Assembly (NCBI GenBank): GCA_951406725.2 | Contig: OX597837.1 | Span: forward strand, 19,034,001 to 19,098,000 | Source of the DNA: Octopus vulgaris | Taxonomy: Eukaryota | Direction of reading: 5' to 3' | Length of the DNA stretch: 64,000 bases | Shown here: positions 25,401-38,143 of the stretch, in pieces | How positions within the stretch are numbered: the first letter of the stretch is position 1 | Layout: each line of letters opens with the position of its first letter | Translations under genes and position numbers: made by a program | Notes under the pieces: model-generated | Databases searched by the model: none | What the model was told of the DNA's origin: nothing | Seen by the model: only the letters and a program-made list of their open reading frames with translations

Positions 25401-28400
25401 GAAAATTAGTGGTGATATGCTTTGGCAGAGAAATCATAGAGTAAAGTTTACAAATTTTGGTAAATTTGTATACAGTAAGGTGTGGAGAATTTTAATGTTT
25501 GTATGTTGTAAGGAGAGGAAAATACTGATGTTTGAAGCAAAATCTTCTGTCAGAAAGAGAAACAAAACGTTCTCTAAGATTATATAGTAAAAACTGGGCT
25601 GTGGATCACTTTATTTTAAATATGAATTTACAAGAACATGGTGAAAGGGTAAAAATCATCACAGCATTGGGTTGTATGCTGTGTGGCATTTGTTTCAGCT
25701 CACTTCACTCCATGTTCAAATTCAACTTTGCCTTTTATCCTTTTGGAGTCAACATATAAAGTGTTCATCAATGGGATGAATAAGCAAGATTGTTAGAGTG
25801 TCTTATGAGATGCCCGGTTGCTCTTGCATTCTGTTTGTGATGTCTGTGGAGACACTGGCACCTCACCAAATCAATTAGGTGCTGTGTATGCAAGACCAAC
25901 TGCTGGTTCTACCATTAAAAAATCACCTTAATCAGGCCAGTAGCTTGGAGAGAAACTTTCTAGGTGTAGATACTGAGGCCATCTATAACAGATGACAACA
26001 ATGGCCATTGGCTTTACATCAATGGGTAAATTGGCAGAGCCATTAGAAAGTTGGAAAGAACATTTTAAAGCATATGTTCTGATATTCTGTGCCTTGAGTT
26101 CAAATCCTATTGAGGCTTCCTTGCTTTTCAGGCTTGATAAATAAAAGACCAGTTCAGGGAAGTGGGTTGGCAGATTTGTTAGAGCACTGGACAAGATGCT
26201 CTAGAGTAACTGTTCCAGTCGTATGTTTAGAGTTCAAGTCCTGCTTCCAATCACCAGAAAAACTGCTCCTTAGGCAGCAAAAATGACAATAAACTTGAGA
26301 AAGCCTTAAACAAGTGACCATAGGAGGGAACGAACAGAAACTTTTGTCTTATGCAATTCTTTTCTTGTTCCATTAAATTAGAATGTTTAGTAAAACATGC
26401 TCAGTTTTTCAAGGAAGATTTTTATGAGTTAAAGACATCACATGACTGCAGTGTTGTCTCATACATCATGTAACTGTTGAAAGACCATGTGGTGGGCAAA
26501 ACAGTTGAAAGATGAGTAGTGGATGAGCTGTCAAAAAGATTAACAAAACTCATAAAGCTGGTGAAAAAATGAAATGTTAAATAAAACTTACATATTTCCA
26601 TTGTAACAAGAAAGGCAAATTGATTTTGCCATTAGGATCAACATGTCTACCTGGTTTGATCTGCATGTTGGGAGTCGGCTTGACATAAACAATGGGGGCA
26701 CAATGAGGGTGGGTATCTAACAACCAGACACATATGGGAATGTTGTATCTGTTATCTGAAAAAGAAAAAAAAAAGGAAACTGTCAGAAATTGGCAAAATT
26801 CTGTTTTTTGAGATGCTCTCTCTCTCTCTCTGACTGGGTAACCATGTATTTCCTCTACAGCAAGACACCTGTTTCTGTCCCTCTGTCACACTCTAACCTC
26901 CCATCTTCTTGCATAAGACCACCTTGTCCAATACTGCACTCCAGCCGAGGATCTTTGTTTTGCAAGTTACTTGGTGACCCTGTCAGTGCTGGTAGAACGT
27001 AAAAAGCCTCCAGTCCACTCTGTAAAGTGGATGGTGTTAGGAAAGGCATCTGTTCAGCTGTAAAAACCATGCCAAACAGACAATGAGGCCAGGGGCAGTC
27101 TCCTGCCTAAGCAGCTCTTGTCAAACTGTCTGACCCGTGCCAGCATGGAAAATAGATGTTAAATGATGAGGATGAGGATGAGATGAAGAACAAGAAAATT
27201 TTTAACATGAAAGAACAGAAGGGAAGGTCTTCTGAAGAGAAGTCTTGAAGTGAACCAATTACTGAATATTTACTTTTTTATTATTATTAAAGTTTATTGT
27301 CGTCAGGTGAGGAGGGACAAACTGTTATTTTTTATCTTTTAATTGTGTCAGTTATTGGACTGTGGCCATCCTGCCTTGAAGGATTTTGGTTGAAGGAATC
27401 AACCCCAGTACTTATTTTTAAAGCCTCTGGTATTTATTCCATTGGTCTGTTTTGCTGAACCACTAAATTATGAAAGATGTAAACAAATCAACAGATTGTC
27501 AATGGGTGGTGGCAGACCAACACATGCAAGATAGATATTTATATTAAGGGTATTACTATACATAAATGCCTCACACTAAGAGGGACATGAGGCATTTATG
27601 TAGAGTAATGCCCTTAATATAAATAAATATATTTAAAGGGAATAATAAATTTTCCCCTTATGAGGTTTTTCACGCTAACTACTTGATAAATTCTAATAAA
27701 GATTTTATCCTATTTTAAAATTATATAATATGTATATAATGCACCAAATGTAAGCTATGGACACATAAGAGATGTAGTAATGTCAAAGGAAGACTAACTA
27801 GGAAAATAGTTTTTATCTGTGGCAGATGCTCAGGAGCAATAAACTCTGAAAATATGCAGAGACCAACTTCTATCACGTTTCAGGGAGAAAAACTAGAAGT
27901 AGTTGATAGCTTCCGCTACCTAGGTGACCAAAGTCAGTAGCGGAGGCGGGTGTGCTGAAAGTGTAACTGCTAGAGTAAGAATAGCCTGGGCAAAGTTTAG
28001 AGAGCTCTTACCCCTGCTGGTGACAAAAGGCCTCTTGCTCAAAGTAAAAGGCAGACTGTATGATGCATGTGTACGTACAGCCATGCTACATGGTAGTGAA
28101 ACTTGGGCTGTGACTGCTGAGGATTTGCGTAAGCTCGCAAGAAATGAAGCTAGTATGCTCTGTTGGATGTGTAATGTCAGTGTTCATAGTCGACAGAGTG
28201 TAAGTACCTTGAGAGAAAAGTTGGACCTAAGAGGCATCAGATGTTGTGTGCAAGAGAGACGATTGCGCTGGTATGGTCATGTGGCGAGAATGGATGAAGA
28301 TAGGTGTGTGAAAAAGTGCCACACCCTGGCAGTTGAGGGGACCTGTGGAAGAGGTAGACACAGGAAAACCTGGGTCGAGGTGGTGAAGCACGACCTTCGA

Positions 28401-30249
28401 ACTCTAGGTCTCACCAAGGAAATGACCAGAGACCTATGGAAGTATGCTGTGCGTCAGAAGACCCGGCAAGACCAGTGAGAACAATCAAAATCAAATCATA
28501 TATCAGAAAGCAGGGGTTAAGTGAACCATCCGTTCGTGTCCGCTGCCAGCCTCGTCTGGCACCCGTGTCGGTGATACGTAAAAGCACCATTCGCTCGTGG
28601 CCGTTTGCCAGCTCTGCCTGGCCCCCGTGTCGGTGGCACGTAAAAGCACCATCCGTTCGAGTCCGTTGCCAGCCTCGCCTGGCCCCGTGCCAGTGACACG
28701 TAAAAGCACCATCCGTTCGTGGCAGTTTGCTAGCTCCGTCTGGGCCCCCATGTCGGTGGCACGTAAAAGCACCATCCGTTCGTGTCCGTTGCCAGCCTCG
28801 CCTGGCCTCTGTGCCGGTGACACATAAAAGCACCGTCCGTTCGTGACCGTTTGCCAGCTCTGTCTGGCCCCATGTCGGTGGCACGTAAAAGCACCATCCG
28901 TTCGTGTCCGTTGCCAGCCTCGGCTGGCCCCCGTGCCGGTGACACGTAAAAGCACCGTCTGTTCGCCAGCTCTGTCTGGCCCCGTGTCGGTGGCACGTAA
29001 AAGCACCATCCGTTCGTGTCCGTTGCCAGCCTCGGCTGGCCCCCGTGCCGGTGACACATAAAAGCACCGTCCGTTCAGCTCTGTCTGGCCCCGTGTCGGT
29101 GGCACATAAAAGCACCATCCGTTTGTGTCCTTTGCCAGCATCGCCTGGCCCCGTGCTGGTGACACGTAAAAGCACCATCTGTTCGTGGCCGTTTGCCAGC
29201 TCTGTCTGGTACCTGTGCAGGTGGCACGTAAAAAACACCCACTACACTCACGAAATGGTTGGCGTTAGGAAGGGCATCCAGCCGTAGAAACACTGCCAGA
29301 TCTGACTGGGCCTGACGAAGCCTTCCAGCTTCACAGACCCCAGTTGAACCGTCCAACCCATGCTAGCATGGAAAGCGGACGCTAAATGATGATGATGATG
29401 ATGATGATGATGATATATATATACACATACTAGCAGAGATACCTGGTATTGCCCGTGCCACATGGAATTGAAGAATTAGACTTTTCTTTTATATTTTCTC
29501 AAATGAACTGGAATACCTGTGATTTGAATTTTATCAAAATTGTAGATGAAGAATTTTAATGAGGGTTCTTTCCCTCTTTACACATCCTAACAAAAATTCT
29601 AATCATGACACATTTATCCCATACTACTCATCTTTATGCCCAGATTCCAAAATCTAAATCTTATGGAACCTATTCAAGGGATTTTGCTCCTGAAAAATGG
29701 AGCTCATGGAGCTCTGAAATGTGGGAGTTATTGGGGGGAGGGGGTTCTTAAAGTCAACCAGAGAAGTTGAATTGTTCAAATCTTTTTAACTTGGGTCTTA
29801 TATCTATGGTTAAAATTTCATCAAAAGCAAAAATATATGAATTTTCATGAGGGTTATAGCCTCATTTATGCCCCCTCACTTTCAAAGATATATTGTATCT
29901 GTCTGTATGCATAGAATATAATTTCCAAATTTTATAAAGATCCATTCAGTACTTTTGATGTAGTTTTGGATCATTAAAAAATGACTAAAATTTGGGAGTT
30001 CAGGCCCCTGTTAGGGGGTGTTAGAATCCTCATGAGAAGCGGAAAGTTTGGGAATACTTCTTGATGTGTGTCAAATACCTTTGGTTGAAATTTCATCAAC
30101 ATCGGAAATTCATGAATTTTCTTGGAGGGTTCTGCCCACTTTAAGCCATCTCAGATTCAAACTAAACATACTGCATTATACCCACCCTTATGTATTGAAT
30201 CAAAGTTCAAAATATCATAAGGACCCATTCATACATATACATACATTTA

Positions 30250-30285
<36 letters not shown>

Positions 30286-32851
30286 AATATATATATATAG
30301 GTGCAGGTGTGGATGTGTGGTAAGAAACTTGGTTCCAAAGGACATGGATCTGCGTTCAGTCCCACTGTGTGGTAACTTGGCATGTGTATTCTGCTATACC
30401 TCCAGACCAACCAAATTGTATGAAACATACAGCATTACCCTTCTCCCTAGGCTTGGATTTTGTGTTCCAAACTTCATTAGGATCAGTGCAGTAGTTTTTG
30501 AGTCTAAGTAACACATGAACACACATAGAGACATTGACTTTTATATAACAGATATGAATATGCACATATATGTGTGTGTGTGTATTATATATATATGTAC
30601 CAGTGTAAGCTATGACACATAAGAGGTGTGGCAATAAACACTGAAAATAATATTTTCTAAAATAATAGTACTCTTAACACCTACCTCGATAAGTGACAGG
30701 AATTGTTCCGTCAAGCTTGACCAGCTCTTTCTCAACACCATTATTGAAAACTGAAAATAAGAAAGCAAAGTAGAAAATTTTAAAAAATTGTTTAGAGAAA
30801 TTACACAAATCAATTAGCAACAATTCTCATTGTCTCTAAGTGGTTACCAAATTTGCTAAAAATAGCAGTCATATCACACCCTGATCACATCCTGGTGATT
30901 TAAAGGAAAGGACACTAGATAATGTAGCCTTAGATGTGTCTGGAAAACAAGATGGAACGGTAATAAGAGGAATGTCTTTAATCATAGACCTGAAGGGCAA
31001 TGACCTACAACAACATGGCTTTTAGTTGATACCAATATATGACAGCTACTAACCCGAGGGGCCTCTACATAGTTGTTTCATATGCTACAATTAACAGCCA
31101 ATCTATCCCAAATGTTATTCTTAATGAAACATCTTTCATTTGTTTATTTTTTTTCAATGGTTTGGTCAGAGAGGGGCAGCAGCACTGCCCACACTTTAGG
31201 ATCTCTGAGACTGGTAGGGGCAAGTGATTATCTCATCAAACTGGTTCAAATGCTTGCAACAAAGTAGATCCTCCTTAGGCTTGCAAGTGGGTGTTAAGCC
31301 TGACATTAGATTAAAGCACTAAATATACTCATAGTGTATAAAATAGTCAGTATCCATACATGGTACAATAGTAAGAAGTTTTATACTGAAATGTTTTCAA
31401 CTGTGATACCTAATAGTGAATTAGCAAAGAAATTTAGAAGACACCTTTGAGAATCTAAACTTGTAAAAAAGGCAGGGGGTGACCAAATATCTCTAAGAGG
31501 ACTATCCCTATCCCTCTCTCTATACCTGTTGCTTGCACACTACCACTTCCTCTCTCAACAAAGAGGTCTTTGATTTGCAAGTTACTTGGGAACCCCACTG
31601 GTGCTGGTGCCACATAAAGAGCAGCAGTGATGGTGTGACTTAAAAAAGCATCCAGTACACTAAGAAATATATATATTTCCTCTCCCTCACTTAGTTACAC
31701 ATATTTATATTTCTGTGAAATGATATGCATATATCGTATACATAGACATAAGCTATAACTGTTTGGCTTAGAAGCGCATTTTGTAACCATTTGGTTCAGT
31801 TCCATTGCACAGCACCTTGAGCCAGTGTTTTCTGCAATAGCTCTGAGCCAAACAATGCCTTGGAAGTGTATTTGATAGATGAAAACTGTGTGGATGCCCA
31901 TCATATATCTGTGAGAAATATCATTGCTCGACAACTGGTGTTGGTTTGTTTAAGTCCCTGTAGCTTGGCATTGTGGTAAAAGAGACTGAAGAGACTGACA
32001 GGATAAGTACTAGACTTCAAGATGGTGTCCTTGCATGGCCGCAGTTTGATGACTAAAACAAGTAAAGGATAAAAGATATATATGTGCATGTGTGTATCAC
32101 ACAAACACACACAGGTATGTGGATGTATGTATATATATGGTTACATAAATAATACACAATTAAGTATATTATTATTATAATATACATAATAGTACATAAT
32201 AATTACTCTTCCTTTTTTTTTATTCCCCAAACTTCATAAAGTTTAAAATACACAGCAGAAACTTATTTCCAAAGAGAGACCTTTTCTAGTAAACTTTTTA
32301 TACATAGGAAACAGAAAACAGAAAAAATTCTCTTTAAAAAAAAGAATAAAAATCAAACTTAAAGAAAGTAAAATGTGGGGGGAATAATGCTGCATTGTAA
32401 GCCCACACTGTGAGGGGGTGAGATAGGGAGAAGTGGGAGAGGATGGAGACTGGATAAAAGACTAGTAATAACTGGTCTAAGTCAACCTTGTAAATAAGCA
32501 GAAAAAACCTGAAACACTGTTAAATGATGTCATAGCATGAAAGTCAGTCAACATGAATACAACAAACATTTCTCTAAACTCAACAGGAAAGAGAAGAGGA
32601 CAATAAAAAAACAAAAAACAAGAAAAACCCTAGGCCTATAAGAAATGGCTATTAACAGACTTCCCAGAAATTTCTGTGTTAGTGTGTCAGCAAGCAAGTT
32701 GCAGTTATATGAGGAAATAAATATGAAGTGATTTTCACATCTTTTGTGTGTAATTCAATGGTCTTTGCATGATGTAGACGCTTCAGTTTGAATGCTCGGT
32801 CTCAGATTAGGTCATCTGCCTGACAAGTGCAACTCTAGCATATACATACAT

Positions 32852-32911
<60 letters not shown>

Positions 32912-34632
32912 CTATTTAGCAGAAGCAACAAAGTGACTGAAGGACTGAGAGTTTCATGTGTGCTGGCACTTATTAAACTACTCATACATACACTCATATT
33001 TTGAGTTCTGTTTTTCCTGTTTGCATCATTAACCCCGCCCCCTACACACACACATGAAATGACAGAAACAGTATAGTGAAATTGCTATGGGAGTGGAATA
33101 CCGAACATTTTGGACAGAATCCTTGTTGAAGGTAAAGTTGAAAGGATGAATATTATAGAGAGAAACCAGAATTTTACATCCTCTATGACAAATTGGCAGC
33201 AACGAGAGAAGACTGTAAGATGTGCACGTCATATGTAGTGAGGAAGTAGTAAGAGGGAGAAACTTGGTGAGGGAGGGAAAAGGAAAGAAATTGAATTGAA
33301 AGGAGAGCTGAAGGGTAAGAGAGATATTACTGAACAAAGAGGAGATGTAGAAGAAAAATCATTCACTAAAAACTGTCAGTGACATGGCACCAAGTCCAAA
33401 TACGAAAGATTGTTCATTCTCTTTCCTTGAGTATGTGGATCCATGACGTGTACAGATGCTGCACACAAATATAAGTGGGTAATGAAATGGATCTGCTGTA
33501 CTAAAGTGGGTGGTGACAGGTTGGCCAGCCACAGATAAAAGTATGCTTTGAATGAGTTCCAAAAGCAATTGACAAAACAACATCCTGTTTCTCCAATGTA
33601 AAAAAGCATTGCAAAGTTTGCAGACGATGCAGTATGAGGTTGGAAGATATACAACAGAAGCCTTGGATAAGGCAGTACTGAAGAGTAATGCTAGTAATTT
33701 TTGAAGTATTGTTAGTGTAGTGGCAAGTGTTGCAGTGTCAGCAAGGACACTTAAAAGTGCTTGGACACTATGGAGCATCAAATTAGGAGGTGAAGGAGAG
33801 AAGAGGGTATGTGGGGAATATTGAAACAGCTGTGGGATCAAAAAGTAGGATTCAAAGGTTGCAGATGAGTGTGTTTCAATCAAACAATGGACAGGACAGG
33901 TGGAAGGTGAGAGAGACTGAATCTAGTCTGTAGGTGTGTGTAGGGAGGGTAAAAGAGTGGTGGCATGGTCAATGGCCTGTGAGGGGCCACAACTGATTGA
34001 GGATTTAGTCAGAAACGTTGCATTCTCTCACATTGGGAATTGATATACAAATCAATGCTGCAGAAGCAGTGAAGCCAAAAGAATTGAGAGAATGGTTTGG
34101 TAGAGTTCATGTGTCTGAGGTGAGAGGGAGAGAGCAGTGGAGATAAGAGTGGGAATGACATTTCAACCTGTACCACATCATTGAAGAGGTAAAATGCATA
34201 CTTTTCCTTCCTCTTAGTTCAATAATTCTTCTTTCATCCTTCAACTCCCTCTCTCAACTTATTTTCTTTTCTACCTCACACTCACTCCTTTTTCTTTTCA
34301 TTTCTCTTTCCATCTTCCTCGCTCACCCAGTATCCCTCTCCCATTACTCTCTCTCTATATATGCAAGCTCACATAGTCTTCTGCTCCCATCAGTTGCAAC
34401 CAGTTTCTCAACCATTAGAAAATCTAAAACTCTGCTGACTTTCTCTTATTTTCTTCCTGTTAACTTTACCCAGAAGAAGGACTGAGCAAAACATTGGGTA
34501 CTCCACTCCCCATGGCAATTTCACTGGTCTCATTTTGTTGCATTTTTCTTTTACCTGTATATATTAAACATATACACATGCATACACCTATAAATATATG
34601 TACATGCATATACCTATATACATACATATACC

Positions 34633-34668
<36 letters not shown>

Positions 34669-37600
34669 GACATACATATACAGTAATGCCTCGATATGCA
34701 AGTTAATTTGTTTCTGGAGACTGCTTGTAAAGTGAAAACTCATAAAGCAGAACAATAATTTCCCATAGTAACAATGTTATAAATAGTAATGCATTCCCAG
34801 AAAAATATTTTACCTATGACAATAAAACAATAGCAGAATGTAAAGAATATTTTATGTAAAATAACAAGAATGTCAAGACCATTTATAATAAAAAATATCA
34901 TTATAACCATTTTCGGAATCACTTTCACTCACATGAGACTCGCAGGCACCATCACTTGTAGATTTCTTTTCAAAAAAACAAGTCTTAGAATTGTTTGCTT
35001 AGAAGTTTTTTCTTTCACTCTCTATAAATTTCTCTGTGACATGCAGAAGTATTTATTATGGTAGTAGAAACTTTTGCACTTTGTTTAAAATTTGGATCTT
35101 GTGCTTGAAAAATTTCAGCTCACCACACATCATCATCATCGTTTAACGTCCGTTCTCCATGCTAGCATGGGTTGGACGGTTCGACCAGGGATCTGGGAAG
35201 CCAGAAGGCTGCACCAGGCTCCAGTCTTATCTGGCAATGTTTCTACAGCTGGATGCCCTTCCTAACGCCAACCACTCCGTGAGTGTAGTGGGTGCTTTTT
35301 ACGTGCCACCTGCACAGGTGCCAGGCGAGGCTGGCAACGGCCACGGTCAGATTGGTGTATTTTATGTGCCACCGGCACGGAAGCCAGTCGAGGCGGTGCT
35401 GGCATCGGCCACGAGTCGGATAGTGCTTTTTACGTACCACCAGACCAGGGATCCTGGCTGGTTCAATTCGATTTCGATTTCGCTTGCCCCAACATGTCTT
35501 TGCAAGCAAAGGGGGTTGGCATGGGTGCCTGTCATCGGATGAGGTTCTATATCGACTTCGCTTGCCTCAACAGGTCTTTGTGTCCAAGGCAGGAAAAATT
35601 GAAAAATAAAACTTGTTAACTGGGGGTCTCGTGAAGCAGATCCTTGTAAAGTGAGGTGTTACTGTACTTATATACATACAGTTATATAAAAAAAATGTTC
35701 AGAAGTCAAGTGAATTAGGTACTTAAATAGTAAAGCACCAAGGTCAGGTTGGTGATAATGCTATCATGTACAGGGTTCGTTGAGTCAGTCTTAGGGGTTC
35801 AAGTGGGGTCAAGACATGCACAATATAGCCTGGTTCACACTAATAATGTTGGGCTGTTTTTGTTGGCCATCAAAAAAAATCACTACCAACAATTTGGCAA
35901 CACACAATTTTTCTTCCCCATGTTAAATTACAAATATTGGCTTTGATTTGGTGCACTCAGTAATTGACTTGTGGCTGTTGTGATTTTCTTTTAATCTTTC
36001 AGATCCTTCATACTATGTCGATCAAAAACAGGAAGTGGTTGGGTGAATACATACAATATGGATTCACGTGTATAAAGGAATGTGATGAGAGTCAGCATCC
36101 TCAATGCATGATTTGCAATGTCAAGTTGAGCAATTCTATTCTAGCACTGGCAAAACTAAGGGAACACTTTCTAAAGCTGCATGGAGATGGGAAATACAAG
36201 AACACAACACTCACTGAAGAGAGCCAGATTCAATGAAAAGCCTACTCTGCCTGTTCTTGGCTTTGCTCTCATCGACGAATTGACTTTCACAGCATCGTAT
36301 GAAGTTGTGTATCTGATCGCAAAGCAGGGAAAACCACACACCATTGGTGAAACACTTGTAAAACCAGCTGTGTTGAAGATGCTGCTAAAGATAAGTTATC
36401 CCAAATTCCTGTTTTGAATGGACACTCTCAGCAGTAGAATATCTGACAGGAGCGATGACATCTTGGCTCAAATAGTCACAGATCTGGTTTGAAGCCCTGC
36501 AAAATTCAGCCTCCAACTTAATGAGACTGACATTTCCAATCTAAGCCAGCTTGTTGCATTCATGCACTATGTGAAAGATGATGTGATAAAGGAAGATTTC
36601 TTTTATTTTGTAAACCTCTTACAACAACAACAACCAAGGTAGCCGATGTGAAGAAACACGTGAATGACTTCTTCAGAGACAATGGGCTTTTGTGGAATAT
36701 GGTTTCTGCAGTTTGTTTGGACAGAGCTCCAGCCATGCTGGGATTACACTTTGGTTTTGGAGCAATGGTGTTCTGCACAGGCAGAACCTTGCCTCTGAAT
36801 CTCGCAGATGTATAAAAATTTGTAGTTGAATGTATGAACTACATGCTATGAAGCACTGCATTTTCAAAGAACTGTGTTATGAAATGGGCTCTGAATTCTA
36901 ACAGTACCATTCTAACATTTGGTGGTTATCCTGGGGAAAGGTGCTGAATTGTGTTTTTGCCATGCATGAGGAATTAGCCCTGTTTTTTGTGAGAGTACCA
37001 ACATTGTCATGCGGATTGCTTTGAAAATTCTGAGTTCATTCTCATTTTGACGTACATGGCTGATATTTGCAATCATCTCAATCGACAGATGCAGGGTGGT
37101 GGCGTTAACATCATAGAAGCAGAAGAAAACCCGAAGGTGTTTAAAATAAGAGCTACCTTTATAGAAATGACGAACAGAGAATGACGTGTCCAGAATTGGA
37201 GACATTTCTGTACCTGGGGAGCTGAAGCAAGCAATTGCCATGCACTTAGATGAGCTTGCAAAGTCTCTCAACAATTACTTCCCCACCAGAAAGTCATATC
37301 TAGCAAGGGTGAGACAGCCGTTCATGTTCAGTGTTGTGACAGCAGATGTCAACAATGAATACCTCGCCGAAATCATTAAACTTCAGCAGAGCCGGCTTCA
37401 ACAGCAACTCTTCAGAACAACAATGCTCTCAACGTTTTGTACCATACCCTCTTATTGCTAAGAAAGCCCTTGAGATGCCAACACTGTTTGTTAAACGTAT
37501 CTTTGCGAGCAATCCTTTTCGAGGATGGTAGACATGAAAACTAAGAAAAGGAACAGACTCTGTTGTGAAAATGATATTGAGAGTGGCACTTGCCAAAGTG

Positions 37601-38112
37601 AAGCCATGCATTTCTGAACTTGTATCTGAAAAGCAACAACAAAAGTCACATTTATTTGCAGTAAATATTCATTGAGTTATGTTTCCGTGTGAAATTCATG
37701 TTTTGGTGTTCTTTGAACACAGTGATTTCGTGTGCAATTGATGCACGGTTCATTTTGTGCACTAATAAAATATATACCTATGTTTTGAAGAAATCATATT
37801 TTATTTTTCCAATTACGAAGGTTTCAGGGAATGTACTGATGAAGCTTGCAGGGTTCAGCACCTCTGATAAGGTTGAGAACCACTGTACTAAAGTAAGTAC
37901 GGATTTGTACTCCGGGTATGTGTACAATCACAAATGACTGACTGAATAAACAATGAGTCAGCAAGGTCACACATGGGTACACTCACTGTACCTGTTGCAG
38001 TAGACTCTCGATCCAAATGAATTGCAGGTTCTGAGTTAGGTGAAGAATCAACAAATAACAACAGATATGTCTATGTGTGTATATTAACACACACACGCAC
38101 CACAAATGCTAA

Positions 38113-38143
<31 letters not shown>

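Noticed and set aside
28525-29235. CRISPR-like repeat array
   Set aside because: Inter-motif segments are themselves repeats rather than unique spacers; no cas genes; lies in a eukaryotic LINE 3' UTR
28411-29238. 275-aa and 220-aa minus-strand ORFs
   Set aside because: Translations of the tandem array; open in several frames with no domain signature
35964-37461. Domesticated ZBED/SCAND3-like gene
   Set aside because: Multiple frameshifts, stops and deletions with a retained TIR; a dead transposon
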